Below are positions 1 through 6,480 of a stretch of 8,626 nucleotides of DNA, one piece after another. The DNA comes from a virus. Lineage: Duplodnaviria; Heunggongvirae; Uroviricota; Caudoviricetes. Made by a program: the position numbers and the translations under genes. Below the pieces are notes generated by a model, which did not search any database, was not told where the DNA came from, and was given only the letters and a program-made list of their open reading frames with translations. Each line of letters opens with the position of its first letter. The first letter of the stretch is position 1. The stretch spans positions 1-8,626 of the IMG/VR virus record IMGVR_UViG_2698536618_000012, one strand, 5' to 3'.

Positions 1-303
1 GAGGATGACCCTCGTAATCAGGTTAATTTTCTTTATGAGCCATCGGAAAGACCATATTGTCATCACGCCTCTGTTCGGGTTGACGAAAAAGAGCGTCAGG
101 TCCGCTGTAAAATCTGCGGTGCAGTTGTGGAGCCATTTGACTGGATGCTCTCTGTGGCGAAAAGAGAAACCAGACTGGCAGATGATGTAAGGCACTTGCG
201 CCAGGAGGAGCGGGAAAGGCGAAAAAATATAGAAAAGCTAATTCAGATTGAGCGTAACGCGAAAGCGCGGATACGCAGGGCGACAAAATCCAGAACTGAA
301 TAA
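1..303 (+). CDS. 3' part of a hypothetical phage protein (5' end outside window); Cys/His zinc-ribbon-like motif followed by a charged, coiled-coil-like tail
   Basis: Frame 1 is open from base 1 to TAA at 301-303 (100 codons). Translation ...YCHHASVRVDEKERQVRCKICGAVVEPFDW...RHLRQEEREGRKNIEKLIQIERNAKARIRRA is protein-like. The overlapping track ORFs 5..190(+) and 23..355(-) look less protein-like. No family recognised. Confidence 0.45.
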   Translation, partial: EDDPRNQVNFLYEPSERPYCHHASVRVDEKERQVRCKICGAVVEPFDWMLSVAKRETRLADDVRHLRQEERERRKNIEKLIQIERNAKARIRRATKSRTE

Positions 304-396
304 TTAAATTTAGCTCTGTTAAAAATTTAATCCTTAACCGGAGGGATTTCTGCACCCTCAGAACATCAGGAGGCCGCCCGAAAGGGCGGTAGTTAA

Positions 397-579
397 ATGC
401 GAAAGTTTAAAATAATTATTGAAACGGGAATAGCCGGTGGAGATTTCGAGGATGAATTCGAAGTGGATGATGATGCGACGCCTGATGAAATACATGACGA
501 AGCAAAAGATATTTTCTTTAACTACTGCAATTACTCATATCACGAAATAAAAGACGAAGAGGAAGAGCAAAATGGCTGA
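397..579 (+). CDS. hypothetical small acidic protein (60 aa)
   Basis: ORF from the track; ATG at 397 follows an in-frame stop. Its stop overlaps the start of the next ORF (ATG 572 / TGA 577-579). Very acidic composition typical of small nin-region phage ORFs. Confidence 0.45.
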   Translation: MRKFKIIIETGIAGGDFEDEFEVDDDATPDEIHDEAKDIFFNYCNYSYHEIKDEEEEQNG

Positions 580-748
580 TTTTGGTTCAACTAAATACAA
601 CGTCAGTTTTGAAGCATGGCATGAACTGTTAATGGACTATGCAGAGTTACGTGGTGGCAGTGCTGCTGATGCTGAAGCATGGCGTGATGATTATGAAGCA
701 GGAAAAACTCCGGTCGAAGCATATTGTGATGAGTGGGGCGATGAATGA
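572..748 (+). CDS. hypothetical small acidic protein (58 aa), translationally coupled on both sides
   Basis: Own translation: MADFGSTKYNVSFEAWHELLMDYAELRGGSAADAEAWRDDYEAGKTPVEAYCDEWGDE. Its stop TGA 746-748 overlaps ATG 745 of the next ORF (ATGA). Absent from the track only because it is under 60 aa. Confidence 0.4.
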   Translation: MADFGSTKYNVSFEAWHELLMDYAELRGGSAADAEAWRDDYEAGKTPVEAYCDEWGDE

Positions 749-1260
749 GCGAGATTAATTATCAGGAAGGGCATGAAACGGCAGGGCAGGCAAAACCAGT
801 TGCATGGCGATATCGCTACGTGAAAAAAGACGTTACAGACTTTCAGGGGAAGCCGTGGGCTGGTGACTGGAAATATGTACCGACAAAAGAGGATTGTAAC
901 GACAGGCCGAACTATGAAATTCAGGCCTTATTCATCGGCCCGCCAGTCCCGGTGACATCAGAAGGACTGGTTAAAGCCGTGCGCTTTTATGAACAGGTAA
1001 AGCGTGAGAATCCGCCAGTCGAAACAGGAGCATGGAAGGATGCTGTTGACTGGGTGCTCAGAGAGGCCTGCTGCGCTGCCATTCTGGGTAAAGCCGACAA
1101 TCCACCAGCATCCGGCAATCAGGTTAGCGAATTAACAATGTGGGTTAAACGACTGGTCAGTCAACTGAAAAAAGCGCAGCCGGACTGCAAATTACCGGAG
1201 AAGGCGATGGATTACCTGAAACGAAATGGACTGATAAGCGTGGAGGATGTTTTACGATGA
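745..1260 (+). CDS. hypothetical phage protein (171 aa)
   Basis: Long ORF with ATGA start/stop coupling to the upstream ORF; no recognisable family motif. Confidence 0.55.
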   Translation: MSEINYQEGHETAGQAKPVAWRYRYVKKDVTDFQGKPWAGDWKYVPTKEDCNDRPNYEIQALFIGPPVPVTSEGLVKAVRFYEQVKRENPPVETGAWKDAVDWVLREACCAAILGKADNPPASGNQVSELTMWVKRLVSQLKKAQPDCKLPEKAMDYLKRNGLISVEDVLR

Positions 1261-1380
1261 ATATTTAGACTAAAGAATTTGTAACGCTATGTAAGTGATT
1301 TTTTCTGGTTTAGATATTTATATGTCCGGCCAAATTGAGGTGTGTTTAAATGTTATTGCACATTGATTGTAGGGGGAATA

Positions 1381-1560
1381 ATGAAAAACGCATTGCAGTT
1401 TTTGTTTGTTGCGTTCTGGTTGTTCGCATCATGTATGCCCATCATCTTCACAGCAAGGTATATGGAAAAAATTGATGTTTTGATATTAATGTTTGGACAT
1501 ATAAATGCCCTTTTTTTAGGGGTGTTCATGGCGGTCATGTGCATTGAATACTGGCGGTAA
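1381..1560 (+). CDS. hypothetical small membrane protein (59 aa) in an AT-rich segment
   Basis: ATG at 1381 preceded by SD-like GGGGG (1372-1376). Translation MKNALQFLFVAFWLFASCMPIIFTARYMEKIDVLILMFGHINALFLGVFMAVMCIEYWR has two hydrophobic segments. AT-richness also allows spurious ORFs here. Confidence 0.35.
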   Translation: MKNALQFLFVAFWLFASCMPIIFTARYMEKIDVLILMFGHINALFLGVFMAVMCIEYWR

Positions 1561-1614
1561 ATACAGCGAACGCCATTGGTTTAGTTGGATATTTACTGTG
1601 CCGGACAAAAACGG

Positions 1615-1643
1615 TTTGCGGGGAAATCTTAGTTAAGTAGAAT
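1615..1643 (+). promoter_or_regulatory. candidate sigma70 promoter for the hok mRNA (-35 TTTGCG, 17-nt spacer, -10 TAGAAT 1638-1643)
   Basis: The -10 hexamer is a good match and the -35 is weak. The predicted start near 1650 puts the 9-nt box TGCGGGTGC (1647-1655) at the 5' end of the transcript, and this box is complementary to 2031-2039 near the 3' end. Confidence 0.3.
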
Positions 1644-1818
1644 AACTGCGGGTGCTTGAGGCTATCTGTCTCAGGCATGAACACCAAAAGGCAGATAGAG
1701 AAAAGCCCCAGTTAACATTACGCGTCCTGCAAGACGCTTAACATTAATCTGAGGCCATATCTATGCGACACATAGAGATTAGCCTCTTACGGACCGAAAG
1801 GTCAAGGAGAAGCAGGCT

Positions 1819-1974
1819 ATGAAGCAGCAAAAGGCGATGTTAATCGCCCTGATCGTCATCTGTTTAACCGTCATAGTGACGGCACTGGTAACGAGGAAAG
1901 ACCTCTGCGAGGTACGAATCCGAACCGGCCAGACGGAGGTCGCTGTCTTCACAGCTTACGAACCTGAGGAGTAA
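1819..1974 (+). CDS. hokD: Hok/Gef-family type I toxin (51 aa)
   Basis: Own translation MKQQKAMLIALIVICLTVIVTALVTRKDLCEVRIRTGQTEVAVFTAYEPEE matches the Hok/Gef family signature (single TM helix then TRKDLCEV..R..GQTEVAVF.AYE); to my recollection it matches HokD (RelF) of the E. coli Qin prophage. Confidence 0.88.
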   Translation: MKQQKAMLIALIVICLTVIVTALVTRKDLCEVRIRTGQTEVAVFTAYEPEE

Positions 1975-1981
1975 GAGACCC

Positions 1982-2003
1982 GGCGAGGGAGAAATCCCTC
2001 GCC
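1982..2003 (+). other. perfect 9-bp stem with GAAA tetraloop immediately 3' of hok (GGCGAGGGA-gaaa-TCCCTCGCC)
   Basis: Read directly from the sequence. It sits where hok mRNAs carry their 3' fold-back (fbi) structures. Confidence 0.6.
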
Positions 2004-2042
2004 ACCTCTGATGTGGCAGGCATTCTCAACGCACCCGCACTT

Positions 2043-2070
2043 AACCCGCTTCGGCGGGTTTTTGTTTTTA
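2043..2070 (+). terminator. intrinsic terminator of the hok transcript
   Basis: AACCCGC-ttcg-GCGGGTT: 7-bp stem with UUCG loop, followed by TTTTTGTTTTTATTTT. Confidence 0.75.
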
Positions 2071-2082
2071 TTTTCAACGCAT

Positions 2083-2112
2083 TTGAAGTTCTGGACGGTG
2101 CCGGAATAGAAT
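2083..2112 (+). promoter_or_regulatory. candidate sigma70 promoter upstream of the rem-like gene (-35 TTGAAG 2083-2088, 18-nt spacer, -10 TAGAAT 2107-2112)
   Basis: Hexamers read by eye; lies just downstream of the hok terminator. Confidence 0.3.
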
Positions 2113-2190
2113 CAAAAATACTTAAGTAGCGCGCAGGGATAAGAGGGATGGTCCCTTAAAGGGGAGAGCTAATTATCCGGAAGGATTCTG

Positions 2191-2442
2191 ATGATGAACA
2201 TCGAAGAACTGCGTAAAATTTTTTGTGAAGATGGCCTCTATGCTGTGTGCGTTGAAAATGGAAATATTGTTAGTCATTACCGCATTGTGTGTTTGCAAAA
2301 AAATGGGGCTGCGTTAATTAATTTTGTGGATGCCCGAGTGACGGACGGATTTATCTTGCGCGACGGTGAGTTTGTCACTTCATTACAGGTATTGAAAGAG
2401 ATCGGAATAAAAGCTGGCTTTTCTGCTTTTTCAGAAGAATAA
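2191..2442 (+). CDS. rem: small hypothetical prophage protein (83 aa), Rem-like by size and position
   Basis: ORF with SD-like GGAAGGA upstream. Symbol is assigned by recalled synteny only (hokD - rem - ydfU in K-12 Qin, rem being 83 aa), not by sequence comparison. Confidence 0.5.
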   Translation: MMNIEELRKIFCEDGLYAVCVENGNIVSHYRIVCLQKNGAALINFVDARVTDGFILRDGEFVTSLQVLKEIGIKAGFSAFSEE

Positions 2443-2508
2443 ACTCATCTACAATCTTGCGCGGGGCTGAACTCCCGCTGAGTAACACCGTGCCACCGGA
2501 GAAAACCG

Positions 2509-2787
2509 ATGGCACGCAACGCAAAATATTACAAACATGATAATTCGACCGTTCTTGCCCACACGCACGAGCGGTATTCTCACGCATTTAAGTCAGACTG
2601 GTACCAGCATCCCCCATGCACTGAAGAACAGGCCGAATGGCTCATTCAGTGTTACCGCAGGCGCGGATGCGAGGTTAAAAAAGCCCTTAGCCTCGACTAC
2701 CGTCACTGGATAATCTCCGTCAGGCTTCCTTACTCCGAACACCCACCGCGTCCGTCCCGCACATTCCAGCAACGCATCTGGAGGTAA
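2509..2787 (+). CDS. hypothetical Cys/His-rich small protein (92 aa), possibly metal-binding
   Basis: GGAG 9 nt upstream of ATG 2509; its stop abuts the next gene's SD and start. Contains H..H...C..C..C. May correspond to the DUF1364-type small proteins of nin regions, but that is unverified. Confidence 0.5.
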   Translation: MARNAKYYKHDNSTVLAHTHERYSHAFKSDWYQHPPCTEEQAEWLIQCYRRRGCEVKKALSLDYRHWIISVRLPYSEHPPRPSRTFQQRIWR

Positions 2788-2788
2788 C

Positions 2789-3838
2789 GTGCGGGTATTA
2801 CTTCGACCTGTTCTGGTACCGGAACTCGGGCTGGTGATCGTTAAGCCGGGCCGTGAATCCATGCCGGTATTCCACAATACCCGGGTACTGGTGGAGCCGG
2901 AACCGAAAAGCATGCGTAATCTGCCGTCCGGGGTCGTTCCTGCCGTTCGCCAGCCGCTGGCGGAGGATAAATCATTACTGCCATTTTTCAGCGACGAACG
3001 AGTGATTCGTGCTGCTGGTGGCGCTGGCGCATTGTCTGACTGGTTACTGCGCCATGTTAAATCCTGCCAGTGGCCACACGGCGATTATCACCACAGTGAA
3101 ACCGTCATTCACCGTTATGGTACCGGCGCAATGGTGTTGTGCTGGCACTGCGACAACCAGTTGCGTGATCAGACCTCCGAATCACTTGAGCAACTTGCTC
3201 ACCGAAACTTGTCAGCATGGATGATTGACGTCATTCGTCACGCAATGAATGGCACACAGGAGCGTGAATTATCGCTGGCTGAATTATCCTGGTGGGCGGC
3301 CTGCAATCAGGTGGTGGATGCACTACCTGAGGCAGTAGCGCGTCGTTCGCTGGGATTACCAGCGGAAAAAATCCGCTCCGTATACCGTGAGAGTGACATC
3401 GTACCGGGAGAACAGACAGCCATCAGCATACTGAAGCAGCGCACAAAAAATATTGCGCTGCCACTTCACGTCCACCAGCAACAAAATCCACCACAGAAAA
3501 AAACGGTTGTCAGTATCGCCGTTGATCCGGAGTCTCCTGAATCGTTCATGAGGCGACCTAAACGTTGCCGTTGGGTTAATGAGAAATACACGCGCTGGGT
3601 AAAGACACAGCCGTGTGCGTGTTGTGGTAAGCCTGCTGACGATCCGCATCACCTGATTGGTCATGGTCAGGGGGGAATGGGGACAAAGGCCCACGATATT
3701 TTCACGCTACCGTTGTGCCGGGAGCACCACAACGAACTTCATGCAGACCCGCTGGAGTTTGAGAAAAAGTACGGCTCTCAGATTGAGTTAATTTTTCGTT
3801 TTCTTGATCACGCCTTTGCAACTGGCGTGCTTGGGTAA
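2789..3838 (+). CDS. ydfU: DUF968/YdfU-like prophage protein (349 aa) with a C-terminal HNH-like Cys/His motif (putative nuclease)
   Basis: GTG start 2789 with GGAGG 4 nt upstream. C-terminal PCACCGKPADDPHHLIGHGQGG...LPLCREHHNELH is HNH/zinc-finger-like; a second Cys/His cluster is CQWPHGDYHH...CWHCDNQ. Length and position upstream of rusA fit the YdfU/DUF968 family as I recall it. Confidence 0.75.
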   Translation: MRVLLRPVLVPELGLVIVKPGRESMPVFHNTRVLVEPEPKSMRNLPSGVVPAVRQPLAEDKSLLPFFSDERVIRAAGGAGALSDWLLRHVKSCQWPHGDYHHSETVIHRYGTGAMVLCWHCDNQLRDQTSESLEQLAHRNLSAWMIDVIRHAMNGTQERELSLAELSWWAACNQVVDALPEAVARRSLGLPAEKIRSVYRESDIVPGEQTAISILKQRTKNIALPLHVHQQQNPPQKKTVVSIAVDPESPESFMRRPKRCRWVNEKYTRWVKTQPCACCGKPADDPHHLIGHGQGGMGTKAHDIFTLPLCREHHNELHADPLEFEKKYGSQIELIFRFLDHAFATGVLG

Positions 3839-3850
3839 AAGAGGTGACTG

Positions 3851-4210
3851 ATGCTCATAGATTTGGTTTTACCTTACCCGCCGACGGTGAACACTTACTG
3901 GCGACGCCGTGGCAGCACATATTTTATCTCGGAGGAGGGAAAGCGTTATCGCCGGGCTGTGGCGCTTATTGTTCGCCAGCAGCGGCTGAAATTAAGCCTG
4001 TCCGGAAGGCTGGCGATAAAGGTGATTGCAGAGCCACCGGATAAGCGTCGTCGCGACCTGGACAACATTCTGAAAGCACCGCTGGATGCGCTGACGCATG
4101 CGGGAGTGCTCATTGATGATGAGCAGTTTGATGAAATCAATATTGTACGTGGTCAGCCAGTATCTGGTGGACGGCTGGGTGTGAAGATTTACAAAATTGA
4201 GAGTGAGTGA
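3851..4210 (+). CDS. rusA: RusA-family Holliday junction resolvase (crossover junction endodeoxyribonuclease)
   Basis: 119 aa with SD AGAGG 7 nt upstream. Translation carries the RusA hallmarks (N-terminal LPYPPTVNTYWRRRG, catalytic-region RRRDLDN, C-terminal GG.L...I) and aligns by eye with E. coli RusA. Confidence 0.9.
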   Translation: MLIDLVLPYPPTVNTYWRRRGSTYFISEEGKRYRRAVALIVRQQRLKLSLSGRLAIKVIAEPPDKRRRDLDNILKAPLDALTHAGVLIDDEQFDEINIVRGQPVSGGRLGVKIYKIESE

Positions 4211-4218
4211 GCGTAAAT

Positions 4219-4749
4219 ATGATATATCCGGAAATTACAGGCAAAAGCGGCGAACATTTACGCCTGAACACGCTGGAAGCAGTCTGGATCCAGGGGAAAT
4301 TACGGATGTGGGGGCGGTGGTCGTATATCGGTGGGGGTAAATCCGGAAATATGTTTAACCGGTTACTGGTTTCGAAAAAGCTGACGAAAACAGCAGTTAA
4401 TGAGGTTTTACGCAGAATGAAGAAATCCGGGCTGGAAAAACCGGAACTTGAGGCATTTTTTCGGGATATGACAAGAGGAAAGCAGAAGAGCTGGTTGTCA
4501 CATTGTACAGACACAGAGGCGTTGATTATTGATCGCGTTATCAGTGAGGTGCTTGGGGAATATCCCGGGCTAATCAATATTCTCCGGCAAAGGTACGAAG
4601 GACGGGGAATGAGTAAGAGAAAAATGGCAGAATGTTTAAATCGTACTCACCCGGAATGGTGTTTCAGCACATGTGAGAAACGTATTGCAGGTTGGTTAGC
4701 CGTGGCTGAACACATGCTTTATGTACCTATGCACGATTCATTTCGATAA
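4219..4749 (+). CDS. putative late-gene antiterminator (Q-like) protein, 176 aa; functional assignment is positional
   Basis: ORF immediately downstream of rusA (the canonical Q position in lambdoid phages) and followed by a hairpin-rich leader and strong intrinsic terminator. ATG 4219 is preferred over GTG 4207, which overlaps the rusA stop. No Q-family motif could be verified by eye. Confidence 0.55.
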   Translation: MIYPEITGKSGEHLRLNTLEAVWIQGKLRMWGRWSYIGGGKSGNMFNRLLVSKKLTKTAVNEVLRRMKKSGLEKPELEAFFRDMTRGKQKSWLSHCTDTEALIIDRVISEVLGEYPGLINILRQRYEGRGMSKRKMAECLNRTHPEWCFSTCEKRIAGWLAVAEHMLYVPMHDSFR

Positions 4750-4845
4750 AAAAAGCTTGCTTTTTTACGCAGAAACAGCTTGAATTCCTGTAAGCTTCGC
4801 AAAGCTGTATCGCGAGGCGAAATGCAAGTTTTTTCGCACAAGGAA

Positions 4846-4867
4846 GCCACCGGAAGGTGGTTTTTTT
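4846..4867 (+). terminator. strong intrinsic terminator after the Q-like gene (tR'-like)
   Basis: GCCACC-ggaa-GGTGG(T) stem followed by TTTTTTT. Preceded by another hairpin, GCGAAA-tgcaagttt-TTTCGC (4817-4837). Confidence 0.75.
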
Positions 4868-4990
4868 GTGTCCGTAATATACAGCAGCGCAATAAATTCG
4901 CTGGTGGTTATTAATACCGTTCTTTCAGCTTGCTGGCTTTTTCGACAAGAGTTATTGGTGTGTCACGTTAACCGGAAAAGGGAAAAAGGC

Positions 4991-5188
4991 ATGCTAAAAC
5001 AGCAGGATATGACCGAAACCGCCAGAGTGGTGTTTAATGAATTAAGCGTCACCGAACCGGCGACCGTCGAGGAAATTGCGCAGAACACTTATCTTTCACG
5101 CGAACGCTGCCAGTTAATACTGACCCAGCTTGTTATGGCGGGTCTGGCAGATTATCAGTTCGGTTGTTACAGACGCCTTCCTCAGTGA
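4991..5188 (+). CDS. small winged-helix DNA-binding protein (65 aa), PapI/FaeA-like or controller-like regulator
   Basis: Internal ATG of track ORF 4868..5188 with SD AAGGGAAAAAGG. TVEEIAQNTYLSRERCQLILTQLVMAGLADYQFGCYRRL has a helix-turn-helix-wing pattern. The GTG-extended N-terminus (4868-4990) looks non-coding. Confidence 0.5.
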   Translation: MLKQQDMTETARVVFNELSVTEPATVEEIAQNTYLSRERCQLILTQLVMAGLADYQFGCYRRLPQ

Positions 5189-5198
5189 AGGCTTTTTT
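5175..5198 (+). terminator. intrinsic terminator overlapping the stop codon of the wHTH gene
   Basis: GCCTTC-ctcagt-GAAGGC: 6-bp stem followed by TTTTTTATTT. Confidence 0.6.
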
Positions 5199-5338
5199 AT
5201 TTGTGGTAATGGGCGGCTGGTGGGTGTTAGCGGCACCTGCCAGCCATCTGCTCATGCGTTGGGGTCACAAGCAAACCTCAGGCCCATCTGCTTTGCGCAA
5301 AAGCGGTATGAGCCTATCAGAGAAGTGCTTATTGATCT

Positions 5339-6418
5339 ATGGCTAATACTGTAAAAATATCCAGTTGTGAGTTAATCAACGCTGATTGCCTGGAATTTAT
5401 CCAGACCTTACCGGAAAACTCTGTCGATCTGATAGTCACAGACCCGCCATACTTTAAAGTGAAGCCCGAGGGCTGGGATAACCAGTGGAAGGGCGACGAT
5501 GATTACCTGAAGTGGCTGGACCAGTGTCTGGCGCAGTTCTGGCGGGTGCTGAAACCTGCCGGAAGTCTTTACCTGTTCTGTGGCCATCGCCTGGCATCTG
5601 ATATCGAAATCATGATGCGTGAACGCTTCAGTGTGCTGAACCATATTATCTGGGCGAAGCCGTCCGGACGCTGGAACGGATGCAACAAGGAAAGCCTGCG
5701 GGCGTATTTCCCCGCCACAGAGCGCATTCTGTTCGCGGAACATTATCAGGGGCCGTATCGTCCGAAAGATGCCGGGTATGCGGCGAAGGGCAGTGCACTG
5801 AAACAGCATGTGATGGCCCCGCTGATTTCTTACTTTCGTGATGCGCGTGCTGCTCTGGGGATAACGGCAAAACAGATTGCAGATGCCACAGGAAAGAAAA
5901 ACATGGTGTCGCACTGGTTCAGTGCCAGTCAGTGGCAGCTACCGAACGAAAGCGATTATCTGAAATTACAGTCGCTGTTTGCCCGGGTGGCAGAAGAGAA
6001 ACATCAGCGGGGTGAACTGGAAAAGCCACATCACCAACTGGTCAGCACATACAGTGAGCTGAACCGGCAAAACCGGCAATATGCCAGCCTGCTGGAGGAG
6101 TACAAATCTTTGCGGCGTTATTTTTCTGTATCGGCTGCTGTTCCGTATACGGATGTCTGGATGTATAAGCCTGTACAGTATTATCCGGGCAAACACCCCT
6201 GTGAAAAACCGGCAGATATGTTGCGTCAGATAATAGAGGCCAGCAGTCGTCCGGGTGATTTGGTTGCCGACTTTTTTATGGGGTCAGGTTCCACGATAAA
6301 AGCCGCGCTTTCGCTTGGTCGTCGGGCAATAGGCGTTGAGCTTGAGGCTGAACGGTTTGAGCAGACGGTGAGCGAGATAAGAGAAATTCTGACGTGTAAA
6401 GCTGTTGAAAATATATAA
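5339..6418 (+). CDS. orphan beta-class DNA methyltransferase (N6_N4_Mtase family; DPPY motif suggests N6-adenine)
   Basis: 359 aa. Catalytic motif IV DLIVTDPPYF lies near the N-terminus and the AdoMet-binding motif I DFFMGSGST near the C-terminus, with a roughly 200-aa target-recognition region between. This is the beta-class order, and overall architecture resembles YhdJ-like adenine methyltransferases. No restriction endonuclease gene is evident nearby. Confidence 0.9.
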   Translation: MANTVKISSCELINADCLEFIQTLPENSVDLIVTDPPYFKVKPEGWDNQWKGDDDYLKWLDQCLAQFWRVLKPAGSLYLFCGHRLASDIEIMMRERFSVLNHIIWAKPSGRWNGCNKESLRAYFPATERILFAEHYQGPYRPKDAGYAAKGSALKQHVMAPLISYFRDARAALGITAKQIADATGKKNMVSHWFSASQWQLPNESDYLKLQSLFARVAEEKHQRGELEKPHHQLVSTYSELNRQNRQYASLLEEYKSLRRYFSVSAAVPYTDVWMYKPVQYYPGKHPCEKPADMLRQIIEASSRPGDLVADFFMGSGSTIKAALSLGRRAIGVELEAERFEQTVSEIREILTCKAVENI

Positions 6419-6480
6419 GTATGGGGTGTAAAGTTGTTCTCGAAAATAATCATGTTTTCTCACGAATCAGAGGGGGGATA

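Noticed and set aside
5-355. Track ORFs 5..190 (+) and 23..355 (-)
   Set aside because: Both overlap the frame-1 reading frame that is open from base 1 to 303 and encodes a far more protein-like product (zinc-ribbon-like motif and charged helical tail). They are treated as alternative-frame artefacts.
1353-1544. Minus-strand ORF antisense to the small membrane ORF
   Set aside because: AT-rich region where random ORFs are expected; no RBS context and a low-complexity product. The + strand ORF with an SD was preferred, itself at low confidence.
2375-2913. Minus-strand ORFs 2375..2587 and 2593..2913
   Set aside because: Antisense to the well-supported + strand genes (rem-like, Cys/His ORF, ydfU-like); products are low-complexity with no start context.
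3009-3694. ORFs 3009..3224 (+) and 3356..3694 (-) inside the ydfU-like gene
   Set aside because: Nested in or antisense to a 349-aa ORF with clear HNH-like motifs; treated as frame artefacts.
3844-4577. ORFs 3844..4044 (+), 3946..4140 (-) and 4137..4577 (-)
   Set aside because: They overlap rusA and the Q-like gene in other frames or on the other strand; rusA identity is strong and the others lack motifs.
4868-4990. GTG-initiated N-terminal extension of the wHTH ORF
   Set aside because: Begins inside the T-run of the upstream terminator, has no SD, and the extension is hydrophobic and low-complexity, whereas ATG 4991 has a good SD. The interval is more likely the promoter/leader.
5130-5354. 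ORFs 5130..5354 and 5164..5346 (+)
   Set aside because: Mutually overlapping frames spanning a terminator and the repeat-containing intergenic region; no SD; better explained as non-coding regulatory DNA upstream of the methyltransferase.
5408-6453. Minus-strand ORFs 5408..5914, 5646..5870, 5966..6196 and 6226..6453
   Set aside because: All antisense to the methyltransferase gene, whose motifs are unambiguous.
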